This document shows, piece by piece, positions 45,417 to 55,932 of a DNA stretch of 64,000 bases; positions within the stretch are counted from its first letter, which is position 1; each line of letters opens with the position of its first letter. Both the position numbers and the translations under genes were made by a program. Origin of the DNA: Deltaproteobacteria bacterium (lineage in GTDB: Bacteria; Myxococcota; Kuafuiibacteriia; Kuafuiibacteriales; Kuafuiibacteriaceae); assembly GCA_040218735.1 (NCBI GenBank), contig JAVJQW010000023.1, positions 320,001-384,000 on the forward strand, read 5' to 3'. The notes beneath the pieces are model-generated. The model saw nothing but the letters and a program-made list of their open reading frames with translations, made no database searches and was not told the origin of the DNA.

Positions 45417-46847
45417 ATGCACCGCGTCATCGCGTTTACCCTCGTAACTCTGGCCGCTACGCCGGCCTTCGCGGACACGCCGTCCGAAACGAAGGTCGCC
45501 CTCGACACCGTTTGGGTCGTCCTCGCCGGGATGCTCGTCTTCTTCATGAACGCCGGCTTCGGCCTCCTCGAAGCGGGGCTCTGTCGCGCGAAGAACGCGG
45601 TGAACATCCTCGCCAAGAATTTCACTGTGGCCGCGTTCGCGGGGCTCGCCTTCTTCTTCGTGGGCTTCGGCCTGATGTTCGCGGACGGCAACGGCTTCCT
45701 CGGTATGGGCGGCTGGATGATCGGCGGCGCCGACAACAGCCCGCTGTCGGGCGACGACTACGTCGGCGTCTTCTCGTCCCTGTCCTGGGCGACGATCCCG
45801 CTCGAAGCGAAGTTCTTCTTCCAGGCCTGCTTCGCGATGGCGGCGGCGTCGATCGTTTCGGGCGCGGTCGCCGAGCGCATCAAGTTCCCCTCCTTCATCG
45901 CGTTCAGCGTGGTGCTCGTGTCGCTGGTCTACGCGATCACGGGGCACTGGATCTGGGGCGGCGGCTGGCTCGCGTCGATGGGTTTTTGGGACTTCGCCGG
46001 TTCGACGCAGGTCCACTCCGTGGGTGGTTGGGCCGCGCTGACCGGCGCGATCATCCTCGGGGCGCGCACCGGCAAGTTCGACAAGAAGGGCAACGTGCGC
46101 GCGATCCCCGGCCACAGCATGGCGCTCGCGACGACCGGTGGCTTCATCCTCTGGCTCGGTTGGTTCGGTTTCAACGCAGGGAGCACGATGGCCGCCGACG
46201 CGACGGCGATCGCCCACGTGGTCACGACCACGATGCTCGCGTCGCTCGCCGGGATCTCCGGCGCGATGGCCGGCTCGTACCTGCGCACCAAGAAGTTCGA
46301 CCTCTCGATGATGATCAACGGCTGCCTCGCCGGCCTGGTCGGCATTACCGCCGGCTGCGCGTTCGTCTCGGCGGGTTCGTCGGTGATCATCGGCTTCGTC
46401 GCGGGCGCGCTCGCGGTCGCGGCGGTGGAGGTCTTCGACCGCGCGAAGGTCGACGACCCGGTCGGCGCGATCAGCGTCCACCTCGTCGGCGGCATCTGGG
46501 GCACGCTCGCGATCGGGCTATTCGCCGAGGCGACCTTCTCGGCGGACGTCGGCAACGGCCTCTTCTTCGGCGGCGGCCTCGGCCTGCTCGGCGCCCAGGC
46601 GCTTGGTGTGGCGGTGGTCGGCGCGTTCGTGGTGAGCGTCTCCGTCGCGCTCTGGCTCGGCATCCGCGCCTCGATCGGCCTTCGGGTCGACGCCGAGGAA
46701 GAGTACGTCGGTCTCGACGTCGCGGAGATGGGCATGCGCGCCTACGTCAACGAGGACATCGTTGGCATGCGCGCCGTGCCGCCGGAGATGGTACCGCCGC
46801 TGTCGGTCGTGGAGCCGAAGCCCGCCAAGATCGCCGAAGCGGAGTGA
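45417..46847 (+). CDS. amtB: ammonium transporter
   Basis: SGAVAER, DFAGSTQVH, WLGWFGFNAGS, DDPVGAISVH. Confidence 0.96.
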   Translation: MHRVIAFTLVTLAATPAFADTPSETKVALDTVWVVLAGMLVFFMNAGFGLLEAGLCRAKNAVNILAKNFTVAAFAGLAFFFVGFGLMFADGNGFLGMGGWMIGGADNSPLSGDDYVGVFSSLSWATIPLEAKFFFQACFAMAAASIVSGAVAERIKFPSFIAFSVVLVSLVYAITGHWIWGGGWLASMGFWDFAGSTQVHSVGGWAALTGAIILGARTGKFDKKGNVRAIPGHSMALATTGGFILWLGWFGFNAGSTMAADATAIAHVVTTTMLASLAGISGAMAGSYLRTKKFDLSMMINGCLAGLVGITAGCAFVSAGSSVIIGFVAGALAVAAVEVFDRAKVDDPVGAISVHLVGGIWGTLAIGLFAEATFSADVGNGLFFGGGLGLLGAQALGVAVVGAFVVSVSVALWLGIRASIGLRVDAEEEYVGLDVAEMGMRAYVNEDIVGMRAVPPEMVPPLSVVEPKPAKIAEAE

Positions 46848-46881
46848 TCGAAAGTGCGTCTGGGGTGCACAATGACGGCGA

Positions 46882-48207
46882 GTGGGCAGAATCGCGATCC
46901 TCGCGCCTATCGCCAGTGCGCTAATTAGCGTCGCTTCACCGGCGGTTGGCGCTCGTACGGACAAAGTCGTCCTCCTCCGGCTTAGGACGCCAGGCGTCCA
47001 GCGGGCCACTGGGGAACGACTGAGCGCCATTCTCGGAGCGGTCGTAGCCGACGCGACCGAAAAGCTCGGCCGGGAGACAATCGCCCCCGACGACATCGAA
47101 GCCATGGTCGAGCACGAGCGCATGAAGTCCGTGCTCGATTGTCGTGATGATGCAGCCTGCCTCGCAGAGATCGGTGGGGCGCTCGGCGCAGACCTCCTGC
47201 TTCACGGAGCCATCGTGCCATTTGGAGACACGTTCAGTCTGTCGCTCACGTTGATCGACATCGCCAATGCTAAGGTGATTCGCCGATTCGAAGGGCGCGC
47301 CGCACACCCAGACGCCCTCCCTGCCACGGCGACGCGCGGCACTCACGCGCTCTTCTCCTCGGCGACTCCTTTCGGAGCCGGATTGCTACTAGTCGAGACC
47401 GAGCCACCGGGAGCGCAAGTTCGACTCGACGGGAGAGAACTCGGGAAGGCTCCCGTCGTCGTGGATGAAATCGTCGCGGGTGAACATCTGGTGGAGGCCA
47501 CCGACGGGACTATGTTTGCCCGACAGATCGTTCATGTTCGCCCCGACACCGTTACAAAAGCCGAGATAGACCTCGCAACGAGCATCCGCGTCGCACTACA
47601 GGTCTTGTCTACGCCGCCCCTTGCGGATGTCTATCTCGACGGGGACCTAGTCGGTAAAACGCCGCTACAGCTAAACGAACTACCTCCGAAACGGTACAAC
47701 TTTGTCGTTCGACGTGATGGGTATCATGAGTCTAAGGGGTCGTTCGTTCTGTCGCGAGAGAAGTTCGAGGCGAACGACCGGGTCCCGTTCAGGGTTGATA
47801 TTTCCTTAGAGGCCATGCGCGAGGTCGACACTCGAATCTCATACTCGATTCGTTCCGGCTTCGTGTTCGATGGGCGTTACCCAGGCGACGGCGTCGCGCT
47901 ACAGATTCAAGGCGGCATCTTTCTCCTCCCGTGGCTTGAGATATCTGCCGGCTACGTATACCCCCAATCAATCCCCCTGTCCGTGCGCATATGGTGGGGC
48001 ACGAGTCTGGCCTTCGCGTTCATCGCGCAAGGCGTTTTGGATCTCACAGTTGCTTCAGTCTATCCACAGTTGGGAATGGCATGCGGGCCCACATTCGAGA
48101 CGAGCTGGGGGCGTCTGGCGATCACGGGCGAGGTGCAAGTCAGCTTTGATCATTATCAGTCAGCTGTCTCCTTCCCTATGGCGATCCTTGCGAGTTGGAG
48201 ATTCTAG
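46882..48207 (+). CDS. PEGA domain protein
   Basis: Two PEGA repeats (VETEPPGAQVRLDG, VLSTPPLADVYLDG..GKTPL), CLAEIGGALGAD, beta-rich C-terminus ending WRF. Confidence 0.8.
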   Translation: MGRIAILAPIASALISVASPAVGARTDKVVLLRLRTPGVQRATGERLSAILGAVVADATEKLGRETIAPDDIEAMVEHERMKSVLDCRDDAACLAEIGGALGADLLLHGAIVPFGDTFSLSLTLIDIANAKVIRRFEGRAAHPDALPATATRGTHALFSSATPFGAGLLLVETEPPGAQVRLDGRELGKAPVVVDEIVAGEHLVEATDGTMFARQIVHVRPDTVTKAEIDLATSIRVALQVLSTPPLADVYLDGDLVGKTPLQLNELPPKRYNFVVRRDGYHESKGSFVLSREKFEANDRVPFRVDISLEAMREVDTRISYSIRSGFVFDGRYPGDGVALQIQGGIFLLPWLEISAGYVYPQSIPLSVRIWWGTSLAFAFIAQGVLDLTVASVYPQLGMACGPTFETSWGRLAITGEVQVSFDHYQSAVSFPMAILASWRF

Positions 48208-49163
48208 TGAAACGCTCAGCAGCTCTCGTCTCCGCTATCGTATGTGCCGGTTGTCTGGATCGCAGCCCCTATGGCGGGCCGGCGGAGTTTGTCGCAGACC
48301 ACGATGACTCTTTGCTGGTCATCGCGCTTCTCCCGGATGGAGGAGATGTCTGGTGGATTCTCCAAGAGCGGGTCACCACGACGCAGTTTGCCCCGAAAAC
48401 GTTGCTCGCAAGCTCTCGAGAGCCCGAAGCAGCCATCGATCTTCGTCTAAACTACCGATTCGACGGGCAGTCATATCTAGAGCTAACCCAAACGCAGTCG
48501 TTCCTCTTGGTGACGAACGACTCAGGAACCATCCTCATCGACAAAGAGAGTCGAGTTCAAAACCCGTACGGGTTTCCGCCAGGCCCACTAGAAATCCAGG
48601 ACGGTGTTCTCTACTTCTCCCGCGGCCCTGAGTTCAGAAGAGCGGCCATTGCACACGACTCCATAGTGCAGCAAACCACCGTGACCGAACTCCACTTCAG
48701 CCCGGTCGACATCATAGTGCGCAACGAAACACTGTTTGCGTTGAGTCTAGATGGGTCGCTCACCTCGATTGGTCTCGACGGGTACGGCTCCGTCGACCTT
48801 CCCTTCGAGGGCCAAATAGAAGCTCAACGTCCTTCGCTGGCCGCTTCGACAGACTTCGTCGTCCGACAGGCCGGCGACACCCTGACTGTCGTCCGAGGTG
48901 TCGATCGCGTAGTGATCGGAGAGGCGAAACTCCCGGGGTTGTCTACGGCTGCAGTCGCGCCGAGCGGAAGGATCGCGCTGGGACGACAGGAAGAACTCTA
49001 TGTGACTCATGTCTTGGACCTGATGCCCAATTTCGAGCGTGATACGGTCACACCAGCCCAGGACATCGGAGGTAGTCGAGAGATTACTGCCGTAGCGATC
49101 GACGACAACTACGTCTACTGGGCCGACGGCGATCGAAGCACGATCTACAGACGCCGTCACTAG
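48207..49163 (+). CDS. hypothetical beta-rich (propeller-like) lipoprotein
   Basis: VKRSAALVSAIVCAGC lipobox; AIDDNYVYWAD. Confidence 0.6.
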   Translation: MKRSAALVSAIVCAGCLDRSPYGGPAEFVADHDDSLLVIALLPDGGDVWWILQERVTTTQFAPKTLLASSREPEAAIDLRLNYRFDGQSYLELTQTQSFLLVTNDSGTILIDKESRVQNPYGFPPGPLEIQDGVLYFSRGPEFRRAAIAHDSIVQQTTVTELHFSPVDIIVRNETLFALSLDGSLTSIGLDGYGSVDLPFEGQIEAQRPSLAASTDFVVRQAGDTLTVVRGVDRVVIGEAKLPGLSTAAVAPSGRIALGRQEELYVTHVLDLMPNFERDTVTPAQDIGGSREITAVAIDDNYVYWADGDRSTIYRRRH

Positions 49164-49221
49164 CTGCCCTCACCTTTGGGGTGGAGACGACCACCGACTC
49201 CGCCTACAATCCGCGCCGCTC

Positions 49222-50022
49222 ATGTCCGACGTCTTTACGATCCAGAACCTCGCGAACCTCGGCGTCCTGATCTTCCTGCAGGCCGTGCTCGGGTTCGACA
49301 ACCTTCTGTACATCTCGATCGAGTCTCAGCGCGCCCCCGAGGAATCGCAGAAGAAGGTGCGCCGCAACGGCATCCTCATCGCGATCGCGCTCCGCATCGT
49401 GTTGCTGTTCGTGATGATCAAATTGATCGACCTGCTCGAAGAGCCGTTCTTCTCCCTGCACTGGACCGGCGTCCTGGAGGGGTCGTTCAACTTCTCCGTG
49501 ATCGTCTTCCTGCTCGGCGGCGGCTTCATCATGTACACGGCCGTCAAAGAGATCTCGCACATGCTGTCGATCGAAGATCTCGAAACGAAGCTCAGCGAGG
49601 GCACCAAGAAGACCGCCGGTCAGGTGATCTTCATGATCGTCACGATGAACCTCGTGTTCAGCTTCGACTCGATCCTCTCGGCGCTCGCGATCACCAAGGT
49701 CTTCGTCGTCCTCGCCGCGGCGATCGTCACCTCCGGCATCCTGATGCTCGTCCTCTCCGACCAGGTGTCGACGTTCCTCAAGAAGAACCGCAAGTACGAG
49801 GTGCTCGGCCTCTTCATCCTCCTGATCGTCGGCGTCGTCCTCCTCGGCGAGGGCGGCCACGTCGCGCACCTGAAGCTCTTCGGCCACAAGGTCGAGCCAA
49901 TGGCGAAGTCGACCTTCTACTTCTCGATCGCGGTGCTGGTCGCCGTGGACATCATCCAGTCCGGCTACCAGAAGAAACTCGACGCCGAGCGCAAGGCACA
50001 GCAGGCCGCCTCCGGCGCGTGA
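49222..50022 (+). CDS. TerC family membrane protein
   Basis: VLGFDNL, VFSFDSI, multi-TM. Confidence 0.9.
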   Translation: MSDVFTIQNLANLGVLIFLQAVLGFDNLLYISIESQRAPEESQKKVRRNGILIAIALRIVLLFVMIKLIDLLEEPFFSLHWTGVLEGSFNFSVIVFLLGGGFIMYTAVKEISHMLSIEDLETKLSEGTKKTAGQVIFMIVTMNLVFSFDSILSALAITKVFVVLAAAIVTSGILMLVLSDQVSTFLKKNRKYEVLGLFILLIVGVVLLGEGGHVAHLKLFGHKVEPMAKSTFYFSIAVLVAVDIIQSGYQKKLDAERKAQQAASGA

Positions 50023-50037
50023 GCCTCCCCGCGTAGA

Positions 50038-50895
50038 TCAGGCCGCCGACGACGTCGGCTCGCGTACGAAGTCCGTCACCATCTTCGCCAGCGCACGCGG
50101 CGCCTCCAGGTACGGGCTGTGCCCAAACCGCTCCGGCTCCACCACCCGCGAGTGCTCCGGCAAGTGCGCGCGGAAGAAGTCGAGGTTCGCCCGCGGGAGG
50201 ATCTCGTCCTCCCGGCCCCACACACAGAGCGTCGGCACCGTAAGACGCGCGAGGTCGTCCGGGGTCAGCAGCTCGTCGGTGCGCACCGCGTCCAGCACCG
50301 CGAGGAGGTCCGCGCGCGACAGCCGACGCCGCACCGACACCGCGAACAGGTGTCGCAGTCGCGAGCGCTCGCCCATCAACCGGTCCACGAACTCGAGCGC
50401 GTCCCCGTGGCTGTTCACGTGGAAGATCTTCCGAAGCTCGTCGAGCATCTGCTGATCCATCGCCGCGCCGCCGGGCGAGATCAGCGCGAGCTTCTTCACG
50501 TTCTGCGGCGCGTGCAGCGCGTACCGAAGCGCGATGAAGCCGCCCATCGAGTTGCCGAACAACACGACGGGCTCCCGGATGATGTCGTCGAGCGCCGCGA
50601 AGATCCCGTCGAGGAGCACCTGCGGATCGAGCACGCCCCTCGGCACCTCCGAGAACCCGTGCCCCGGGAGATCGATCGCGACCAGGCGCTGCACCGAAGG
50701 CTTGAAGTGCCGCAACACCGGCGCGAGCTGGACGGCCGACGCCGAGAACCCGTGCAGCAACACGTGCGGTGGGAGGTCTCCGTCACCTCGACCGAACAGG
50801 TAGTGGACGCGCCCAACCGGCGTGCGCACCTGACTGCTCGCATAACCACGCGCGAGCAGGACGCGCCGCATGACTCGCTCGGATACCGTGGCCAT
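50038..50895 (-). CDS. alpha/beta hydrolase
   Basis: LHGF, DLPGHGFS, GNSMGG, WGRED, GHSP. Confidence 0.9.
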   Translation of the reverse strand: MATVSERVMRRVLLARGYASSQVRTPVGRVHYLFGRGDGDLPPHVLLHGFSASAVQLAPVLRHFKPSVQRLVAIDLPGHGFSEVPRGVLDPQVLLDGIFAALDDIIREPVVLFGNSMGGFIALRYALHAPQNVKKLALISPGGAAMDQQMLDELRKIFHVNSHGDALEFVDRLMGERSRLRHLFAVSVRRRLSRADLLAVLDAVRTDELLTPDDLARLTVPTLCVWGREDEILPRANLDFFRAHLPEHSRVVEPERFGHSPYLEAPRALAKMVTDFVREPTSSAA

Positions 50896-50912
50896 CCCCT
50901 GTCGTTACCCGA

Positions 50913-51611
50913 TCAGCGCGCGGTTCGGAAGCCTACGTGGGAGTGCCGGTCCATGGGGTCGAACGCGTTCCAGGTGTCAGTCTGGTTCTTGTCGATGCGC
51001 GCCGCCCACGCGCCGCCCTTCGCGACCATCGGGCTCTCTTTGCCCCGCTCCGGTTGCGAACGATCCGACGTCCACTGCCACACGTTCCCGATCAGATCAT
51101 GGTGCCCGAACGGGCCGACGTTCTTGCGGAAGTACCCGACCGGCCAGGTCACACGCGGCCCCTGCCCGCGCACCGCGGCGGCCTCGGGATCCCACGTGTC
51201 CCCCCACGGATATCTCCGTCCGTCGGTGGAGCGCGCCGCGGCTTCCCACTCGCGCTCGGTCGGTAGTCGTCGCCCCTCGAACCGGCAGAACGCCTCCGCC
51301 TCGTACCAGGACACGCCCACCACCGGACGCTCGGGCCGGAGGAAACGCGCCCACTTCTCCTCGCGCCAGAAGCGCGGCTCCTCGACCTCGTTCCTCTGAA
51401 TGTAACGCCACCCGTTGGCGCTCCAATGCGCCTTGTCGTCGTACCCGCCGGCTTCGACGAAGCGGCGATACCGAGCGACCGTCACGAGGTGTTTGTCGAG
51501 CTCGAACGTCTCGACGGATTGTTCGCCACCGAGGCGCTCCGACAGCAAATAGGTCCCGGCGGGGACGCGGATCAGCGGTGCTTCGTCGGGGAGGAGCTCG
51601 AAGCCGCCCAC
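50913..51611 (-). CDS. FGE-sulfatase (SUMF1/EgtB-like) domain protein
   Basis: [33 protein letters not shown]. Confidence 0.88.
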   Translation of the reverse strand: MGGFELLPDEAPLIRVPAGTYLLSERLGGEQSVETFELDKHLVTVARYRRFVEAGGYDDKAHWSANGWRYIQRNEVEEPRFWREEKWARFLRPERPVVGVSWYEAEAFCRFEGRRLPTEREWEAAARSTDGRRYPWGDTWDPEAAAVRGQGPRVTWPVGYFRKNVGPFGHHDLIGNVWQWTSDRSQPERGKESPMVAKGGAWAARIDKNQTDTWNAFDPMDRHSHVGFRTAR

Positions 51612-51613
51612 CG

Positions 51614-52012
51614 TCAGTTCGGTTCGCCCTGGGGCGCGACCGACGGGACGGCGAGCAGGAACGGCGCGATCTCCGCGTCGAACATGGACCCGTCGTCGCG
51701 GTACATCTGGTACGAGCCGTTCATCGTCCCCCACGCCGTCTTCAGGATGCAGCCCGACGTATATTGAAACGACTGCTTGGGCGCGAGCACCGGCTTCTCG
51801 CCGACGACCCCCTCGCCGCGCACTTCCTCGACTTCGTTTCGACCGTCCGTGATGACCCAGTGCCGGGTCCTCAGCTGGACGGTCTCCTCGCCCTCGTTGT
51901 TGATGGTCACCGTGTAACGGAAGACGTAGCGGCCCTTTTGTGGCGCCGACTGCTCAGGGAGGTAGGCGGACGCCACTTGGACGCGGATCCCGTTCGTCAC
52001 CGCGTTCGACAT
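51614..52012 (-). CDS. apaG: ApaG protein
   Basis: [33 protein letters not shown]. Confidence 0.95.
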   Translation of the reverse strand: MSNAVTNGIRVQVASAYLPEQSAPQKGRYVFRYTVTINNEGEETVQLRTRHWVITDGRNEVEEVRGEGVVGEKPVLAPKQSFQYTSGCILKTAWGTMNGSYQMYRDDGSMFDAEIAPFLLAVPSVAPQGEPN

Positions 52013-52059
52013 CGGGCGGGAGTCTTGTCCAACCGGAGCGCGATGTCAGCAGGGGAATC

Positions 52060-53286
52060 TCACCCGCCACGCACCTTACTCGCCAAGGGCACCGGCGCGC
52101 GGTCGGCCAGGAGCACCAGGAGCGCCGCCGACGTACAGAACGTCCGCCCCGTGATGCAGTGGTGCCCCGTCCAGCTCCCGTCCTGGTTCTGCACACGCGC
52201 CAGGCTGGACGCCATCGCCGTGTCCCAGCGCTTCCACTCCTTGCCGCCCTTCGCGACCAGGCTCTCGCTCACGAGCATATAGGAGAGGAACTCCTCCCCC
52301 CCGTTCGAACCGAAGCCCGCCGCGAACCGCGGGTCCTCCAGCTTGTCGATCAGCGCGGCCTGGGCGCTGTTCTTCTTGGCCTTCGTCTTGCGGTAGCGCT
52401 GTAGCTTGGCCTGCGCCTGCCGCTTGACGCGCGGGTCCTTCGCGTTCTTGGCGAGGTCCTGCACGAAGTCCTCGTCCATCTCGTTGGTGTTGACGGAGTC
52501 GGACAGCGCCCCCGTGTTGGCCGCGGTCGAGTACAGATCGACGCCGGCCGATCCCTTCCCGCTGAACTTCCCACCCTCCAGCGACTTCGCCGCGTTGCGC
52601 TCGGTGCGTTCGAGGACCTCGTCCTTCACACCGACGCCGCGCTGCTTCGCACGCGCCATCCCCTTCGCCGCGACCGCCTGCGAGAGGACCGGCGCCCACC
52701 CGCGATCGTCCCAGGTGCCGTCGTCGCGCTGGTTGGCTTCGATCTTCGCGAGCACCTTGTTCAGGCCGGCGGTCAGGCGTTGGTTCGCCTTGGCGTCGGG
52801 CATGTGGTCCTTCAGCTCGGCGAGGAGCTGCGCCGAGAGGAACGTGTCGATGTACGGCCCGATCTTCGACTGCACGCGCGTACCGCGAACGTCCGTCACG
52901 TACAGCGACTTGTCGTCCGACTTCTCGATCTGCCCGAGCACGTAACCCGCCGCGCGCTGAATCGCCTTCGCGTGCGGCCCCGACTTCGCGGTGCTCCCGG
53001 CGCGAAGGAGCGCGAGGGTCGCGATGCACGAGTCCGCGACGTTGGAGCGCGAAGCCATCCCCTGGCCGCCGCCCATCTGTCGCGACTCCTCGCCTTGCCC
53101 CCAACCGCCGTCTTCGAGCTGGTGTTTCTCGAGCCAACCGAGCCCGCGCTTCACGGTCTTCGACAGTGGCTTGGGTTGAACGGCGGGCGCCCAGGTGTCG
53201 GCCGCCCAGCTCCGCGAAACGGCGGTCGTCAGACCTCCGACCCCGAGGCCGGCGGATGCGAGGAGGAATCTTCGTCGCGACAACAT
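52060..53286 (-). CDS. Tat-exported prenyltransferase/squalene cyclase-like repeat protein
   Basis: SRRRFLL twin-arginine signal; QW-like repeats QLEDGGW, QRDDGTW, QNQDGSW. Confidence 0.7.
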   Translation of the reverse strand: MLSRRRFLLASAGLGVGGLTTAVSRSWAADTWAPAVQPKPLSKTVKRGLGWLEKHQLEDGGWGQGEESRQMGGGQGMASRSNVADSCIATLALLRAGSTAKSGPHAKAIQRAAGYVLGQIEKSDDKSLYVTDVRGTRVQSKIGPYIDTFLSAQLLAELKDHMPDAKANQRLTAGLNKVLAKIEANQRDDGTWDDRGWAPVLSQAVAAKGMARAKQRGVGVKDEVLERTERNAAKSLEGGKFSGKGSAGVDLYSTAANTGALSDSVNTNEMDEDFVQDLAKNAKDPRVKRQAQAKLQRYRKTKAKKNSAQAALIDKLEDPRFAAGFGSNGGEEFLSYMLVSESLVAKGGKEWKRWDTAMASSLARVQNQDGSWTGHHCITGRTFCTSAALLVLLADRAPVPLASKVRGG

Positions 53287-53477
53287 GCAAGTCTCCTTGC
53301 GCCCGACGCGCGGGGCTTCGCGCGGACGATTCGTTGGAATGTAAGAAAGGACAGCGGCGTCCCCGGTCCGGTTCCAACGTGTGACGTGCGAAAGCGATCT
53401 GCCGGTGGACCGCATTCCCTTCGTGACCTCGGCCCAGGGTTGCACTCGGGCGCACGCTGTGGGTTTGTGTGCCCGCC

Positions 53478-54884
53478 ATGAAGCTGCTTCGGATCGCGCT
53501 GCTCTCGTTGGTCGCAGTGAGCTGCAAAACCGCCCCCAAACCCGTCATCGAGGGCGGGGACGTCGTGTTCGACGAGAAGGCCTGCGTCGCGGACAGCGGC
53601 ATCAACGGCGAGATTCGCGTCACCGGCGACAACCTCACGTCGCTGCTCCAAACGACGCGCTGCGTGACCGGCTCGGTCATCGTCGAAGCCAGCACCTTGT
53701 CGCGTGTGGAGCTGGTCGCGATGCGTGCGATCGGCGGCGACCTCATCGTCATGGACAACGGCTCGCTCGAGCACCTCTCGCTCCCGCGGCTGGAGGTCGT
53801 GCGCGGCAGCGTGCTCGTCCTGTCGAACGCGCGACAGCTCTCGATCTCCGCCCCGAACCTCACCGTGGTCGGCGTGGATGTTCGCATCGGCCGCGACATG
53901 GACCTCGACGCAGCGCTGTCGCCGTCCTCACCCGGGTCGTCGATCCGCGAGCTCGAGCTGCCGGCGCTCACGCAGATCGGCGGGCGCTTCAAGATCGAGA
54001 ACAACCCGTCGCTCGAGAAGCTCGCGCTGCCGGTGCTCCAGTCCGTGGTCGACGGCTTCGTCGTCGACCGCAACGAACGCCTCGTCACGGTCGAGCTCAA
54101 CCGCGGCATCGACTTCGACGGGGGACTGTACATCCGCGAGAACCGATCGCTGAAGTCCATCGCGGGCTTTCGAATCGTCGGCCGCATCGGAGGCCACTTC
54201 GTGGTCACGAACAACGCCAAGCTCGCCACGCTCGACGGCCTCGACGAGCTGAGCGCGGTCGGCGGTGATCTACTCCTCGTCGACGACGACAAACTCGCAA
54301 CGATCTCGCTGCCGCAGCTCGCGACGATCGAAGGTGTCTTCGAGCTGCGCGACAACGAGTCGCTGAAGGACTTCGAGCTCCCCGCTCTGGTCGCCGTCGA
54401 CGGGCGCGTGGAGATCTCGGGCAACAACGGGCTCGAGCGCGCGTCGTTCCCGGCGCTGAAGGAGGTGCGCGGCAACTTCGACGTCGCGTCGAGCTACGCG
54501 CTCGCCTCCGTTCGGCTCGGCGCACTCACACGCGTCGGCGGCGACCTGGGCCTCGTCGACACGGCGGTGCTCCCCGGCCTCGACGCACCGGTGCTCGCGG
54601 AGATCGTCGACGACCTCGTCGTGAAGGTGAACGCCGGCATGACGGACATCCCGTTCCCCGCGCTGAAACGCGTGGGTGGGTACATCACGATCGCGGACAA
54701 CGCCGCGCTGGTGTCGCTGTCCGGGATGCCCACGCTCGACACCGTCGGGCTGCAGGTGTTCGCGACCGGCAACGAGAAGCTCCCGGACTGCGCGGTGCGC
54801 AAGCTCGTGGACCAGATCAAGGGGCGCGGCCCGCTGTGGGAGACCACGATTCGCGGCAACGACTCCGACGGCACGTGTGAGTGA
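53478..54884 (+). CDS. receptor L-domain (LRR-like) repeat lipoprotein
   Basis: Lipobox VAVSC; many LxxIGGxLxIxxNxxL repeats. Confidence 0.8.
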   Translation: MKLLRIALLSLVAVSCKTAPKPVIEGGDVVFDEKACVADSGINGEIRVTGDNLTSLLQTTRCVTGSVIVEASTLSRVELVAMRAIGGDLIVMDNGSLEHLSLPRLEVVRGSVLVLSNARQLSISAPNLTVVGVDVRIGRDMDLDAALSPSSPGSSIRELELPALTQIGGRFKIENNPSLEKLALPVLQSVVDGFVVDRNERLVTVELNRGIDFDGGLYIRENRSLKSIAGFRIVGRIGGHFVVTNNAKLATLDGLDELSAVGGDLLLVDDDKLATISLPQLATIEGVFELRDNESLKDFELPALVAVDGRVEISGNNGLERASFPALKEVRGNFDVASSYALASVRLGALTRVGGDLGLVDTAVLPGLDAPVLAEIVDDLVVKVNAGMTDIPFPALKRVGGYITIADNAALVSLSGMPTLDTVGLQVFATGNEKLPDCAVRKLVDQIKGRGPLWETTIRGNDSDGTCE

Positions 54885-55825
54885 TGGAAGCGCTCCGCGA
54901 GATGATGAACGGCCTCGTGGAGGCCGCCGAGCGCCCGGAGGCGCCGACGCACGAGATCGGCGACATGGCGCAGTTCATCGTCGCCGCGGCGCAGCGCGCG
55001 ACCGCGGATCAACTCACGGAGCTCGCGCGCGGGCTCGCGCCGGTGGTCGACATCGACAGCCCGCACGCGCCGGTGACGTTTGTGCTGGGCGGCGCGTTGG
55101 TGGAGCACGGCGCCGATCCGGAGCCGCTCGCCGACGCGATCCTTCGCCCCCTCGCACAGGCGCTCGCGCTGTCCGCGAGTTTCCTCGACGCGATCGAAGC
55201 CGACGGTGAGCTCACCGCGGAACGGTGGGCGGAGATCGAACGCCCGCACGCGTGGCACGTCGTCGAGCTGATCTGGCGGCCCGCGGTGGCGGTGTTGGGT
55301 CGGAGCGCCGAGCTCCGCGACCGCTACGCCACGCTGGCGATGGCGGCGGATCGCCTCGCGCCGTTCACACCCGCGGGCGACTGGCTCGGGCGGATCCTCC
55401 GCGTCGTGGACGAGGCGCGGTTCTCCATCCTCCACGAGGACAGCGGCCGCACGTTCGACGCGACCGTGAGCGGCGTCATGAGCGTCTTCGAGCTGCACAC
55501 CCACCTCGTCGTGGAGCTGATCGGCGATCCGGCGGAAGGGTGGCTGGACGGGACGCCCGCGTCCCCGGCGGTCGTCGCCAACGTGCGCGGCGAAGGCCCC
55601 CAGGTGTGCGAGGAGGAGGTCGCCGAGCGGTGGCGGATGTTCACGACGGTCGACGGCGAGGAACGCGAGCTGCTCGGCAACGACGAGGTCGCCTCGATCC
55701 CGGAGGACGAGGACGACGAGCTCCGTCGAATCGTCCTGCGAAACTCGGATTCGGGCGCGACGTACCCTGCGCATCGCTCCTTCGCGACGCTGACCGCCCG
55801 CGTCCGCGCGATGCCGGCCGACTGA
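54881..55825 (+). CDS. hypothetical protein
   Basis: 314 aa acidic ORF coupled to the upstream gene, GC3-biased. Confidence 0.7.
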   Translation: MMEALREMMNGLVEAAERPEAPTHEIGDMAQFIVAAAQRATADQLTELARGLAPVVDIDSPHAPVTFVLGGALVEHGADPEPLADAILRPLAQALALSASFLDAIEADGELTAERWAEIERPHAWHVVELIWRPAVAVLGRSAELRDRYATLAMAADRLAPFTPAGDWLGRILRVVDEARFSILHEDSGRTFDATVSGVMSVFELHTHLVVELIGDPAEGWLDGTPASPAVVANVRGEGPQVCEEEVAERWRMFTTVDGEERELLGNDEVASIPEDEDDELRRIVLRNSDSGATYPAHRSFATLTARVRAMPAD

Positions 55826-55903
55826 CCGGCAAAGCTGCATGGAACAACACACCGTCGGTGGGTTCCGGCGGACGCCGGGGCACATCCACCGTCGCGTCGC
55901 CGG

Positions 55904-55918
55904 TGGCACACCGCTTGC
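55904..55918 (+). promoter_or_regulatory. sigma54 -24/-12 promoter
   Basis: TGGCACA-CCGC-TTGC. Confidence 0.7.
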
Positions 55919-55932
55919 GATGTCTTCGCGGC

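Noticed and set aside
50913-51611. True formylglycine-generating enzyme
   Set aside because: The catalytic Cys pair is not seen; generic FGE-fold protein
53430-53443. Possible sigma54 box CGGCCCAGGGTTGC
   Set aside because: GG-to-GC spacing is one base short
52076-54475. 799 aa minus-strand ORF and the many other Arg-rich alternative ORFs
   Set aside because: High-GC shadow frames overlapping genes with clear motifs
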